The notes: generated from the sequence alone by a model not told the origin. Shown: positions 38,617-51,602, numbered from the stretch's first letter. The stretch is DNA of 64,000 nucleotides from Bdellovibrionales bacterium (GCA_965203785.1 OZ241911.1:224540-288539), one strand, 5' to 3'. Made by a program: numbers and translations.

Positions 38617-39444
38617 ATGAAAACATTAATATTATTTTTATTTACCTTATTTTTGTTAGCTGATTGTGCTGAAAAACCCCGTATAAAGAGAAAAACTACA
38701 GTCAACAGGGATAAACTCTCTAGAAAAAAAGAAGATAATAGGCGAACAGTTGGCATAAAAAAAAGGAGAAGTCGCTCCAGAAGTCGAAGCCCCAGTAAAA
38801 CTCCAGAGGAAATAGAAGCTGAAGCTATTGAAGCATTAAAAAGTGCAACAGGGTTATCCACAACCATTCATAACGAAGCTTGCCCCGATAAACTTTACCC
38901 AACAGAACACAATCGTTTTTTTGCAAATACATTAAAAATTGTTCGATTTGATTATGAGATGGCTAACGACGGTAGGCATGGGATTTTTTTTGATGCTGAT
39001 TTTTTTATTCGTAGAATAGATGTTGGGACACAGGGGAAGGCATTAGTTCATTTTAAACAGAGTATTCTACAATCTTTCGCGGGTGGTAAATATACTTGGT
39101 TTTTATATTTTGAAGACAATGGCAGGCGTGATGCCAGGAGTACAAATGGACACTTAGGAGGGGATATTCAATATAAGGCTATACAGTTTAAAGTATCAGA
39201 GGCGACAGAAACAACAGATGAATTATATAAATTTGGTAGTGGAGAAACAAGGGTAATGGCCAATAATGTAAAAGTTCCGGTAGAAAATGCAAAGACAATT
39301 GGGCCACATGTTTTAGAATTTATCGCAAATGTTAACACTGAAAGAGGGCGTGCAATAAGAGGGAGCAAAAACCATAGTGCAGAGATTATTTTTGCTATAG
39401 GAACGAGCAATAAGTGTATCGAAGTCTATGACGACTCACCTTAA
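38617..39444 (+). CDS. Orphan predicted lipoprotein with a basic Arg/Ser-repeat linker
   Basis: The signal plus lipobox is LFLLADC. A basic region follows, KKRRSRSRSRSPSK, and then a globular part of about 200 aa that I cannot assign to a family. There is no obvious SD. Parts of the gene look more GC-rich than its neighbours. It is the only plus-strand gene in a 44-kb run of minus-strand genes. Confidence 0.55.
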   Translation: MKTLILFLFTLFLLADCAEKPRIKRKTTVNRDKLSRKKEDNRRTVGIKKRRSRSRSRSPSKTPEEIEAEAIEALKSATGLSTTIHNEACPDKLYPTEHNRFFANTLKIVRFDYEMANDGRHGIFFDADFFIRRIDVGTQGKALVHFKQSILQSFAGGKYTWFLYFEDNGRRDARSTNGHLGGDIQYKAIQFKVSEATETTDELYKFGSGETRVMANNVKVPVENAKTIGPHVLEFIANVNTERGRAIRGSKNHSAEIIFAIGTSNKCIEVYDDSP

Positions 39445-39524
39445 TTTTGTTTTATGAATAGCTATCTATAGTTTTTTAAAGGGAGCTAACTTAGAAGTCG
39501 CTATTGAGATTAAATAACACCTCT

Positions 39525-40343
39525 TTATAAAGATTTACTACGAGGTTGATTTTTTTGACGAATTTTTAACCTCTGAATTTCTTGTTTTAAAAAATGCGAT
39601 GAAGGTTGATCTTTTAATACAAAAACCGCTTGATCAAATGCCTTTCTTTTTTCATAGAGAAAAGCTAAATAAAATCCCCCATCATGTTGATTAAAATATT
39701 TGAGATCTCTTTTTTTGACTTGAAGAAATATCTTTTCAGAAATTGTAAATTCTTTTTTCATCAAAAAAACTCGTGCCTTTAAAAATAAAAAGTCTAAATA
39801 AAATTGCCGAATGTTTGTTTGATTTTTAATAGATTTTAAAAAATTTTTTTTCCAACTGTGACTAGCTTCTTTAATGATTTGTAAGCTTTTCTCCCATTTT
39901 TGAGAATTAAAGTAAAGTTGAGCCAACGAAAAACTGTAACGATAAAAATCACTCTTTTTTTTGTGGTAGTAAATCAAAAAAAGATAAGAAACTTCTGCTT
40001 GCTTATATTGATTCATAAGTTCAGCTAAAAAGACCAATTTTTGATGAATGATTATTTTTTTTTTTAGAGACAAGGGTTTGTGAATTAAATATTGATAAAA
40101 TTCCATTGCCAATTTGGGATTTTTTTTTAAACACACCCGACCAGATTTTTCAGCTAACTGAATTTGCCGTTTTACAGAATGATAATTCTGAAAAGATGTC
40201 CGAAAAATTAAATAAGCTTTTTGGCACTGCCCTTTTGCTAAAACTTTTTCCATGCGACTCAAAGGGTCTGTAAAATAAAAACACCCCAGTAAAATATTGC
40301 TCAATAAAAAATACAAAAAAATTTTAAGAAAAATTTTCTTCAT
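39525..40343 (-). CDS. TPR-like repeat lipoprotein
   Basis: MKKIFLKIFLYFLLSNILLGC contains the lipobox LLGC, followed by helical repeat-like sequence. It overlaps the gyrA 3' end by about 20 nt. The track ORF starts at 40358. Confidence 0.55.
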   Translation of the reverse strand: MKKIFLKIFLYFLLSNILLGCFYFTDPLSRMEKVLAKGQCQKAYLIFRTSFQNYHSVKRQIQLAEKSGRVCLKKNPKLAMEFYQYLIHKPLSLKKKIIIHQKLVFLAELMNQYKQAEVSYLFLIYYHKKKSDFYRYSFSLAQLYFNSQKWEKSLQIIKEASHSWKKNFLKSIKNQTNIRQFYLDFLFLKARVFLMKKEFTISEKIFLQVKKRDLKYFNQHDGGFYLAFLYEKRKAFDQAVFVLKDQPSSHFLKQEIQRLKIRQKNQPRSKSL

Positions 40344-42756
40344 TGACAAGACTGACACTTTTGATTTGTTCTTGTGCTTTAAGTCTCATGAGTCGCACTC
40401 CTTGAGATGCTCGACCCACTACAGATATCTCCGAAGCAGAAAATCGAATCGATTGCCCTTGAGTTGTCATAACTAAAACTTGATGATGATCCTTCACCAC
40501 TCGAGCCTGCACAACATAACCTGTCTTATTTGTTACCTTATGAGCAATCAAGCCCTTGCCTCCTCGTTTTTGACATCGATATTCCATGAGTTTTGTCCTC
40601 TTCCCAAAGCCTCTACTGGTCACACTAAAACAATACTCTTCACTATTAGATAAAATATTTTCCATACTGATGAGTTCATCATTTGCTTTTAAAAAAATCC
40701 CCCTAACTCCTTTGGCTTGTCTACCAACTGCACGCACACTATCTACTGAAAAACGAATGCTCTGACCTGCTCGAGTTAACATAAAAATATTTTCTTTATC
40801 TTGACTGATACAAGCCGATACGAGTTGATCTGAATCAGACATACTCAATGCAATAACTCCCGTCTTTCTGGGGCTGGAAAAAAATTTCAAATTCGTCTTT
40901 TTTAAAAGACCTTTTTTTGTAGCCAAACACAAATAAGAAGTTTCCAAATTAACTCCTAAGGGAAGAATGACTTGCACTCTTTCATCTGCTTGCAAACACA
41001 CTAAATTTTTAATCGATCGCCCTCGAGCTGTTCTACTCATGCGGGGAATGCGAAAAGTATCTAACCAATAAAGTCGCCCTCGATTGGTCAACACCAACAA
41101 AGTACTATGTGTATTTACGCAAAGAGATTGCCGAACTTCTGATCCTTTGGTTTGAGAACCTTTAGTTCCCACTCCCCCTCTTTTTTGAAGACGATATTCT
41201 TCTAATGAAATTTGCTTAATCTCTCCATCTCTATTGAGAGCGACTAATACATTTTCTTTCGGAATCAATTGCTTATCTTCTATTTCTTCTTCATCATTGG
41301 CTTCAATCCGAGTGCGACGCGGAGAAGAAAATTGAGTTTTAATTTCTTCTAATTCTTTTTTTATGAGCTGATACACTTCTTTCTGGCTGGATAAAATCTT
41401 TCGAAGTGTTTGCACCTGATTTTTCCAATGTTGCAAGTCTTGAGTAATTTTTTGTCTCTCTAAACCCGTTAATCGTTGAAGACGCATCTCCAAAATAGCT
41501 TGAGCCTGCTTAAAAGATAAAGAAAGTTTTTCTCTTAACTGACTTCTCGCTTGAGAACTATCTTTTGCTTGACGAATCCAATTGATCACATCAGAAATAT
41601 GATCCAAAGCTCGACTTAAACCTTCTAAAATATGCACTTTTGCCAAAGCCGATTTGAGATCAAACATCAACCTTTTGGTAACCACTAAAAATCGATGAGC
41701 AATAAAAGATTCTAAAATTTGCCTTAAAGAAAAAAGACGAGGCTGACCTTTGGCATTTAGAGCTAAAAAAATGATCCCAAATCGAGTACTCAATTGAGAA
41801 TATTTAAATAACTGATTTAAAATAACATCGGCATTTTCTTTTCTCTTTAAAACAATCACAATCCTCATGCCCTCTCTAGAGGATTCATCTTTAATATCTG
41901 AAATCCCCTCTATTTTTTTATCTTTAACTAAACCCGCAATGCTCTCAATAAGCCTCGCTTTATTGACTTGAAAGGGGAGTTCTCGAATAATTAAACGAGA
42001 AGGTTTTTTTTCTTCTCGTTCAATCTCTACATCCGCCTGAACACTGATAATACCTTTACCTGTTTTATAAGCTGCCAAAAGACCTTGTTTGGATTTTATA
42101 ATCCCAGCAGTTGGAAAATCCGGACCCGGAATTATTTTTAATAATTCTTCATCTGCAACTTGAGGATTTTCAATCAAAGCAATACAAGCAGAAATCACTT
42201 CACTTAAATTATGTGGAGGAATCCGAGACGCCATGCCAACGGCAATCCCTTCACTGCCATTGACCAATAAATTGGGAAACTTAGCCGGTAAAACTTGAGG
42301 GATTTGTAAAGTGTCATCATAGTTCCAAACAAAAGAAACTGTTTGTTTCTCTAAATCTTGAAGAAGTTGTTCAGCTAAAGGAGTCATTCGAATTTCGGTA
42401 TAACGAGAAGCCGCTGGAGCATCCCCATCTATTGAGCCAAAGTTTCCCTGCCCATCCACTAACGGATGCCTCATAGAAAAATTTTGAGCCATTCTAACAA
42501 TTGTATCGTAGACCGCCTGATCTCCATGAGGGTGATATTTACCTATCACATCCCCCACCACGCGTGCCGATTTTTTATAAGGTTTATCATGCGTGTTTTT
42601 TAAACTCCTCATCGCAAAAAGAACTCGGCGATGAACGGGCTTTAAACCATCTCGCACATCGGGAAGAGCACGACCCACAATAACACTCATAGAGTATTGG
42701 AGATAAGACTCCCTCATCTCTTGATTGATATCAATGTCAAAAATATTTTCGCTCAT
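40324..42756 (-). CDS. gyrA: DNA gyrase subunit A
   Basis: 810 aa with VIGKYHPHGD and the active-site region AASRYTEIRM, plus a C-terminal beta-pinwheel. Confidence 0.95.
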   Translation of the reverse strand: MSENIFDIDINQEMRESYLQYSMSVIVGRALPDVRDGLKPVHRRVLFAMRSLKNTHDKPYKKSARVVGDVIGKYHPHGDQAVYDTIVRMAQNFSMRHPLVDGQGNFGSIDGDAPAASRYTEIRMTPLAEQLLQDLEKQTVSFVWNYDDTLQIPQVLPAKFPNLLVNGSEGIAVGMASRIPPHNLSEVISACIALIENPQVADEELLKIIPGPDFPTAGIIKSKQGLLAAYKTGKGIISVQADVEIEREEKKPSRLIIRELPFQVNKARLIESIAGLVKDKKIEGISDIKDESSREGMRIVIVLKRKENADVILNQLFKYSQLSTRFGIIFLALNAKGQPRLFSLRQILESFIAHRFLVVTKRLMFDLKSALAKVHILEGLSRALDHISDVINWIRQAKDSSQARSQLREKLSLSFKQAQAILEMRLQRLTGLERQKITQDLQHWKNQVQTLRKILSSQKEVYQLIKKELEEIKTQFSSPRRTRIEANDEEEIEDKQLIPKENVLVALNRDGEIKQISLEEYRLQKRGGVGTKGSQTKGSEVRQSLCVNTHSTLLVLTNRGRLYWLDTFRIPRMSRTARGRSIKNLVCLQADERVQVILPLGVNLETSYLCLATKKGLLKKTNLKFFSSPRKTGVIALSMSDSDQLVSACISQDKENIFMLTRAGQSIRFSVDSVRAVGRQAKGVRGIFLKANDELISMENILSNSEEYCFSVTSRGFGKRTKLMEYRCQKRGGKGLIAHKVTNKTGYVVQARVVKDHHQVLVMTTQGQSIRFSASEISVVGRASQGVRLMRLKAQEQIKSVSLVNEENFS

Positions 42757-42757
42757 T

Positions 42758-45304
<2,547 letters not shown>

Positions 45305-45420
45305 TTAAAAGAAATCGGCAACAAAATCAGTAGCAAAAATTTTTAAAAACCTTTACTCAATCACTCTAACAAATTCTTTGAAGTTTGTCTAAAATAAAGT
45401 TTCTTAAAAACTAGTTAAAT

Positions 45421-47346
45421 CTAAGAGACATCTAAGCTCTTGCTGGGTCTATTTTTGATTTGTAGATAAATGAGTAAAGCTTGGATAGCTACTGGGGGAA
45501 GACCGCTGATGCGACCAGCTTGTGCAAGAGTTTTGGGTTGAATTTTTTTTAGTTTTTCTAACGCCTCTCGAGATAAACCTTTCACCCGATCATAGTCCAC
45601 ATCAGAAATAATTAAATTTTCCATTTTTGAATTTTGAGCAATCCATTTGTTTTGCCTTTGGATATATCCTTCATATTTGATCTTTATTTCCACAGATTCC
45701 CAAGTAGATAGAGAAAAATGAGAACTTAATTTAAAAGGAGAATCTTTAGAAATAAAGTTTTTAATTTTTTGAGCAGACATTTCTGGTCTTTTTAAAAGAT
45801 CCTTTAAAGTTTGAGGTTTAAGCAAAGGGGAGGCATTTAATTTCTTAACCAATATCTGATTTTGTCGATTGGGAACCAAGCTTATATTTTTTAAATCCCA
45901 AAAGAGTTGAGCTCTTTGGTTTAATTCGTTTTCCATTTTTTTTAATTTCCACTCGGGGACTAATCGATACTTTTGACTTAAATGAAACAATCGCTCGATC
46001 ACATTATCTTCTCTTAGCACGAGTCGATGTTCTGCCCGAGAAGTGAGCATACGATAAGGCTCTTGAGTACCTTTTGTAACTAAATCATCAATTAAAACCC
46101 CTATATAAGCCTCACTTCTTTTTAAGATTAAAGGATCCTCCCCTTTCACTTTAAGACTTGCGTTAATGCCGGCTATTAAACCTTGCCCTGCAGCTTCTTC
46201 GTAGCCACTGCTCCCATTAATTTGACCTGCAAAAAATAAATTTTTAATTGGTTTGGTTTCTAAATTGGGAAGTAAAATTTGCGGATCAAAAAAATCATAT
46301 TCCACTGCATAACCCGGTTTAAGTATTTCCACCCGACTCAAACCTTTAATCGTTCTTAAAAATTGAATCTGCACATCCACTGGAAGACTAGTGGAAAGCC
46401 CTTGTAAATAAATGGACTCTCCGCCAATGGTTTCAGGTTCTAAAAAACTTTGATGCTGAGTTTTATCTGGAAAACAAGTAATTTTATCTTCCACACTGGG
46501 GCAATATCGAGGACCTTTCGCCTGAATAGCTCCCGTATAAAGTGGAGATTTTTTTAAATTCTTTCTAATGATGTCATGAGTTTTTTCGTTTGTATAAGTT
46601 AAATAACATAACTGTTGGGGTAAAGATAAATGAGGAGAGCTAAAAAAACTAAAAGGATAAAAAATAGCATCTCCTTGTTGAGCACAAAGAGGTTGAAAGT
46701 CAATAGTTGTTTTTTTGAGACGAGGAGGTGTTCCCGTTTTTAAACGATGAACGGGAAAATTTAAACTTTTTAACTGATCGGATAAACCCCAAGTGGCTTT
46801 TTCCCCCATTCTTCCTCCGGACCTACGAGTAGAACCAATATGCATGATTGCTTTCATAAAAGTGCCTGTCGTCAATATCACCACTTGGGAGTTAAATTGT
46901 TCTCCTGTATGGGTTTTTACTCCACAACAGGTATCCCCTTTAAAAATAAGAGATTTTACTTCACAAGATAGATAAGAAATATTTTTAGAAACGGCATGAG
47001 ACGATTTTTTATGGCATAAAAAATTTTGCACAAATTGTCTGTAAATTTTTTTATCACACTGAGTACGAGATCCCCGAACTGCTGGACCTTTACTCCTATT
47101 TAATTTTTTAAATTGAATACATGCTCTATCTGCCGCTATCGCCATTAATCCACCTAAAATATCTATTTCTTTTACAATATGCCCCTTGCCCAAACCTCCG
47201 ATAGAAGGATTGCAACTCATTTGAGCTGTTTGATCCCAACTAACAGTTAGAATTAAAACTCGACATCCTAAACGAGCTGCCGCATAGCTAGCCTCTACTC
47301 CTGCATGACCACTTCCCACTACAATGACATCATAGTTTTTTATCAA
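45421..47346 (-). CDS. mnmG: tRNA uridine 5-carboxymethylaminomethyl modification enzyme MnmG (GidA)
   Basis: 641 aa beginning YDVIVVGSGHAGVEAS (FAD-binding motif). It sits in the conserved mnmE-mnmG context. Confidence 0.95.
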   Translation of the reverse strand: MIKNYDVIVVGSGHAGVEASYAAARLGCRVLILTVSWDQTAQMSCNPSIGGLGKGHIVKEIDILGGLMAIAADRACIQFKKLNRSKGPAVRGSRTQCDKKIYRQFVQNFLCHKKSSHAVSKNISYLSCEVKSLIFKGDTCCGVKTHTGEQFNSQVVILTTGTFMKAIMHIGSTRRSGGRMGEKATWGLSDQLKSLNFPVHRLKTGTPPRLKKTTIDFQPLCAQQGDAIFYPFSFFSSPHLSLPQQLCYLTYTNEKTHDIIRKNLKKSPLYTGAIQAKGPRYCPSVEDKITCFPDKTQHQSFLEPETIGGESIYLQGLSTSLPVDVQIQFLRTIKGLSRVEILKPGYAVEYDFFDPQILLPNLETKPIKNLFFAGQINGSSGYEEAAGQGLIAGINASLKVKGEDPLILKRSEAYIGVLIDDLVTKGTQEPYRMLTSRAEHRLVLREDNVIERLFHLSQKYRLVPEWKLKKMENELNQRAQLFWDLKNISLVPNRQNQILVKKLNASPLLKPQTLKDLLKRPEMSAQKIKNFISKDSPFKLSSHFSLSTWESVEIKIKYEGYIQRQNKWIAQNSKMENLIISDVDYDRVKGLSREALEKLKKIQPKTLAQAGRISGLPPVAIQALLIYLQIKNRPSKSLDVS

Positions 47347-47369
47347 CTTTTAAACATCCCACTCAAAAA

Positions 47370-48791
47370 TTATTTGCCAATACAAAAATTTTTAAAAACT
47401 TCTTTAAGAATTTCTTCATTATATTCTTTTCCCAATAGCTCATAAAGTTTTTTTAAAGCCGACTGCAATTCAAAAGCAACTAAATCTAAAGAATCTTGCT
47501 TTTGCAATAATTGCTCAGCTTGGGTTAAGAATTGATTAATTTGTTGAAGTCCTTTCATTTGACGAATCGTAGAGAAAAAATCATCTCCACTGTACTCTTC
47601 TGACTTCTGATAAATCAATTTTTTTAAATGATCCACCCCATGTCCTGTCAAAGAACTCACCCAAATTGTCGCAAGTGGATTTTTTAAAAAACCTTTTTTA
47701 TATTCTTCACTGGCATAAAAACTTTTTGTAAAAGATTTTTTATCTTTTTCTGACAAAAGATCCGATTTGCTAAATACAAATATTGTTTTATCTCTATCTA
47801 ATTGGTTAAAACCAACAAAAGCTCCTCTTTTTAAAAAGGAATGCCCCTCTATTAAAAACAAATTTAAGTCGGCTTTTTGAGATTCTTCTAAGGCTTTTTT
47901 AATTCCCTGTTTTTCTATTTCTCCTGGATTTTTACGCAAACCAGCTGTATCTTTTAAACAAAATTCTCTTTCTCCCCATATAATTCGAGAAGATAAAACA
48001 TCTCGCGTAGTACCCGGTTGGGAGGTAACAATTGCTTGTTTTTCTTGAATCAATTGATTGAATAAAGAAGATTTACCGGCATTAGTAGCACCCAGTAAAA
48101 CAACTACAAATCCATTTTGATTAATTTGCCCTTGATGTACTTTTTTTAAGCCTCTTTGCACTCGATTCTTAATTTTTTTTAAAATCTGTTTTTGTTTTTC
48201 TACATCGATCAAAGAATCCACCTGATCGCTAAAATCAATCCCTGCCTCTATATGAGAAATCAAAACTAAAAGGTCTTGTTCTATCTCTTTTAACCATTCA
48301 GATAAAACCCCTTTCATCCCTCTTAAGGCTTGTGTGTGAGCTTTTTTAGAACGACTGTGAATAAGATTTAAAATACTTTCTGCTTGGATGAGATCTATTT
48401 TACCATTCATAAACGCTCGATAGCTAAATTCTCCTCTTTCAGACATCCTCGCCCCTTGATGAACTAAAAACTCTAAAATAAGAGAAGATATCAACACACT
48501 CCCATGGCAAAAAATTTCAACTGTTTCTTCCCCTGTAAAAGAACGACCTTTTTTAAAATAAGAAACTAATACTTCATCTACAAAAGCTTTTGTCGTTGGA
48601 TTAATTAAACTCCCCAACCGCAATCGATGAGATACACAAGGTAAAGATGGTTGAGATAAAAATGGGCAAAGTTTTTGACTAATTTTTAAAGCTTGTGATC
48701 CACTGACTCGAATCACAGCCAGAGCAGATCTTCCTAAAGGGGTTGCTAAAGCACATATTGTGTCTTTATCTTGAGGCCTTAAGCCACTCAT
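47370..48791 (-). CDS. mnmE: tRNA modification GTPase MnmE (TrmE)
   Basis: DTICALATPLGRSALAVIRVSG, G1 motif GATNAGKSS and the C-terminal CIGK. The start was moved to the ATG at 48791, right after the jag stop. Confidence 0.9.
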   Translation of the reverse strand: MSGLRPQDKDTICALATPLGRSALAVIRVSGSQALKISQKLCPFLSQPSLPCVSHRLRLGSLINPTTKAFVDEVLVSYFKKGRSFTGEETVEIFCHGSVLISSLILEFLVHQGARMSERGEFSYRAFMNGKIDLIQAESILNLIHSRSKKAHTQALRGMKGVLSEWLKEIEQDLLVLISHIEAGIDFSDQVDSLIDVEKQKQILKKIKNRVQRGLKKVHQGQINQNGFVVVLLGATNAGKSSLFNQLIQEKQAIVTSQPGTTRDVLSSRIIWGEREFCLKDTAGLRKNPGEIEKQGIKKALEESQKADLNLFLIEGHSFLKRGAFVGFNQLDRDKTIFVFSKSDLLSEKDKKSFTKSFYASEEYKKGFLKNPLATIWVSSLTGHGVDHLKKLIYQKSEEYSGDDFFSTIRQMKGLQQINQFLTQAEQLLQKQDSLDLVAFELQSALKKLYELLGKEYNEEILKEVFKNFCIGK

Positions 48792-48792
48792 A

Positions 48793-49320
48793 TCAGTTAA
48801 TCGATCGATTGGCGGAATCGTTTGGAGTAATGCAAATATTCTTATAAAACCCATCTCCCACTGAAGAAGTGTGCACTTTAGCATCTTCCGAAAGAAACTG
48901 ATGCACTTTGCGTCTTAAATTAGGAGGAAGGGATTTAAAATAAACAGGCTGTCTTGTATAAAGAGCTTTTTTCTTCAATCTCTGAGCTAAATCCAATAAT
49001 CTTTTGTCTTTATCTTCAAAATAGGAGCTGGAATCCACTCTTATAAAGAATTTTTTGTCCAAAAAATGATGCTGAATTAAACGATTACAATAAGTTTGCA
49101 AAGCTAAAAGAAAGCGACCATGATTCATTTTTAATAAATCTTCATCTTCTCCAAAAAGATTGATAAAAATTTCTTTTCTAGAGGAATTTTTGTCATTAAT
49201 TTTCAAATCAAAAGAAAGCTCAAATCCCCCTTTGTCTAAAAGTTCTTGAAGAAACTGTTCCAAAAAATTAGCTGGGTTTTTTTCTTTAATTCCCAACCAT
49301 TTATTAAACAACGAAAACAT
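48793..49320 (-). CDS. jag: Jag/KhpB-like RNA-binding protein (KH plus R3H)
   Basis: 175 aa located between yidC and mnmE. It has an R3H-like C-terminus (RRKVHQFLSED). Confidence 0.75.
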   Translation of the reverse strand: MFSLFNKWLGIKEKNPANFLEQFLQELLDKGGFELSFDLKINDKNSSRKEIFINLFGEDEDLLKMNHGRFLLALQTYCNRLIQHHFLDKKFFIRVDSSSYFEDKDKRLLDLAQRLKKKALYTRQPVYFKSLPPNLRRKVHQFLSEDAKVHTSSVGDGFYKNICITPNDSANRSIN

Positions 49321-49369
49321 TATACCCCTTTGCCCCTTTGCTTTCTGTCTCTTACCTATTACAGTTTGC

Positions 49370-51028
49370 CTACTTCAGTTTAAGTACGGTTGAAGTATGG
49401 GGTCGATTTAAGCCCATTTGTTGAATCAAACCAAACAAAGAGCTAATCAACACATACAAGGTCAATCCGCTGGGCAAATTTAACATAAACAAAACAATAA
49501 AGACAGGTAAAATCCGCATAGCTCGAGCCATATCTGCATTTAAAGTGACTGGAGATAGACTTTGTTGAACAAACATCAAGGCTCCAATTAAAACGGGCAA
49601 CACATAATAAGGGTCTTTCCAGCTTAAATCTTGAATCCAAAACACAAACGGGGAACGATAAAGAGAAAAACTTCCTGCTAAAGCTTTCCACAGAGCCCAA
49701 AAAATGGGAATTTGAAGCAACATAGGCAAACATCCTCCCAGAGGGTTGGCTTTATGAGTCTTCATCAAAGCCATAATTTCTCGATTCATGCGTTGAGGGT
49801 CTTTTTTAAACTTCTCTCTTACTTTTTTAATCTCTGGTTGCAGAGTTTTCATTAACTCCATGGAACGATGAGAAGAAAGCACCAAAGGAAAAAGCAAAAG
49901 CCTTACAAATAGAGTCAGCAAAATAATAGATATCCCCCAATTTTTCACCAAGGAATAAAAAAAACTTAAAACTTGTAAAATCATTCGAGCTAAACCACCA
50001 AACCAACCAAAATCCACCCATTCAACCAATTGCAAATCATGTTTTTTAAGAAGCCTCAAAGATTTGGGTCCCATAAAAAGACGATAAGATGTGACAAAGC
50101 TTTCTTGTCGATTGATTACAGGATGAAAAAGCACACCGGATAACCATTGATTTTTATAAACAAAATTAAAATCTGCTTGCACATCCGAATCATCAATAAA
50201 AGCTTGCCCAAAGTATTTAGTTCCCACTCCAGCTAATTGCACTCCCGATACAGTGGGGGTTGACACATGGTGTTTACCCCTATCGTCTGCATCATGAAAT
50301 AGAGAAAATCGCTGAACCCCTTCAGAATTAGAAAACAGAAAAAAAGACATAAAATCGGGTTGAGATAAAAACGAAAAAATCCCAGATCTTTGAAAAAACA
50401 AAGGTTTAAAAGCTGGCAAAAAGGTTTTTACACCTTTTATTTGACTTAAATCCCCAGAAATTTTTACTTGAGTTTTTATCAAAAATTCTTCCGGAAATAC
50501 TTTCAATGTTTTTCTAATTTTTAACCCAAAAACCTCTGCTCGCCCTTCAAAAAAATGTTTACCCAATTGAGAAAGCTCAAAGTTTAAAGTTTCTTCTGAT
50601 AAAGAATCGGATAAGTAAATGATGTGAGTTTCAAAAATTTTCTCAACTCCTTCATTACTAGAAGACAGTAAAACGGGTTGATTGCTTCGATCTAACACTT
50701 GATTGAGCTGAACATTTTTAAATCCCATTCCTCGAGAAGAAAGCCCAAAGGATAAGGACGAACTTTTATAAGTTAAGATTTTTTCTTTCCTTAATTGCGG
50801 AACCAGTTTTTTTTTACGATCGGAAGGAGCAGAAAAAGAATTCGAAGAATGAGAATTAGAGGGGGAAGAAGGGTAAGAAACGACAGAAGTTTTAGAGGGT
50901 GATTTTTCTAACTGCTTAGGATATTTTTTTTTCATATAGAAATCCCAAGCCAGCCAACATAGAAGAGTAAAAGCAATTGCCAATAAAGTATTTTTATCTA
51001 AAAAGTTTTCTTTTTCGTTCATGGTCAT
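49370..51028 (-). CDS. yidC: Membrane protein insertase YidC
   Basis: 552 aa with an N-terminal TM helix, a large periplasmic domain and a conserved C-terminal five-TM core (GGCLPMLLQIPIF). Confidence 0.95.
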   Translation of the reverse strand: MTMNEKENFLDKNTLLAIAFTLLCWLAWDFYMKKKYPKQLEKSPSKTSVVSYPSSPSNSHSSNSFSAPSDRKKKLVPQLRKEKILTYKSSSLSFGLSSRGMGFKNVQLNQVLDRSNQPVLLSSSNEGVEKIFETHIIYLSDSLSEETLNFELSQLGKHFFEGRAEVFGLKIRKTLKVFPEEFLIKTQVKISGDLSQIKGVKTFLPAFKPLFFQRSGIFSFLSQPDFMSFFLFSNSEGVQRFSLFHDADDRGKHHVSTPTVSGVQLAGVGTKYFGQAFIDDSDVQADFNFVYKNQWLSGVLFHPVINRQESFVTSYRLFMGPKSLRLLKKHDLQLVEWVDFGWFGGLARMILQVLSFFYSLVKNWGISIILLTLFVRLLLFPLVLSSHRSMELMKTLQPEIKKVREKFKKDPQRMNREIMALMKTHKANPLGGCLPMLLQIPIFWALWKALAGSFSLYRSPFVFWIQDLSWKDPYYVLPVLIGALMFVQQSLSPVTLNADMARAMRILPVFIVLFMLNLPSGLTLYVLISSLFGLIQQMGLNRPHTSTVLKLK

Positions 51029-51035
51029 TTAAAAC

Positions 51036-51326
51036 TTACTTTTTAGAGGAAAAATCATTTATCCGAGAAGTGGGAATGGAATCAATTCCATATCCACCCC
51101 AAAAATGACATCTACTGACTCTTTTGATAATTAAAAAAAGAGCTTTTTTAACTGAATAAGTGAGTAACGCTTGCTTTGCATATAAAGAACAAGAAGGTAA
51201 AAACCGGCAAGCTCCTCCAAAATGAACGGAAAACACTATTTGATAGAAAGAAAGAACGAAAAGAAAAAAATTTCTATAAGTGAATTTTCTTACAAATTTC
51301 TTCAAAAATACGGGTAAACTCTTCAT
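51036..51326 (-). CDS. yidD: Membrane protein insertion efficiency factor YidD
   Basis: CRFLPSCSLYAKQAL is the YidD signature. It overlaps the rnpA 3' end, which is common for this gene. The exact start is uncertain. Confidence 0.8.
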   Translation of the reverse strand: MKSLPVFLKKFVRKFTYRNFFLFVLSFYQIVFSVHFGGACRFLPSCSLYAKQALLTYSVKKALFLIIKRVSRCHFWGGYGIDSIPTSRINDFSSKK

Positions 51327-51602
51327 ATTTTAGTTTCTTAATTTCTGGACTCTTTTTTAAACCTATTAAAACATCCAAACTTTCTGACCAGGTCGTATGT
51401 TTTTTTCTCATAAATTCTCTTCCCCATCGCTTCAGCTGATTTCTAAAAACTGCCTGACGACTTCCGGTCACTCTAAACGCCCAAGCAAATCGGGAAACCG
51501 AACGATTATTTTTTTTATAAACTAAAAAAAAACCTTTTTTCTAATCCAAACTCCTTCTTTTTTAAGAGCTTCAAAATCTTTCTTCTTTGTCAAAGAAAGC
51601 AT
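51274..51602 (-). CDS. rnpA: RNase P protein component, reading frame interrupted by a 1-nt frameshift in a homopolymer
   Basis: The ATG at 51602 opens MLSLTKKKDFEALKKEGVWIRKKVFF, then a stop at 51524-51522. The adjacent frame continues LVYKKNNRSVSRFAWAFRVTGSRQAVFRNQLKRWGREFMRK. The two frames join across the A9 run at 51524-51532. The joined protein would be about 109 aa. Confidence 0.65.
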
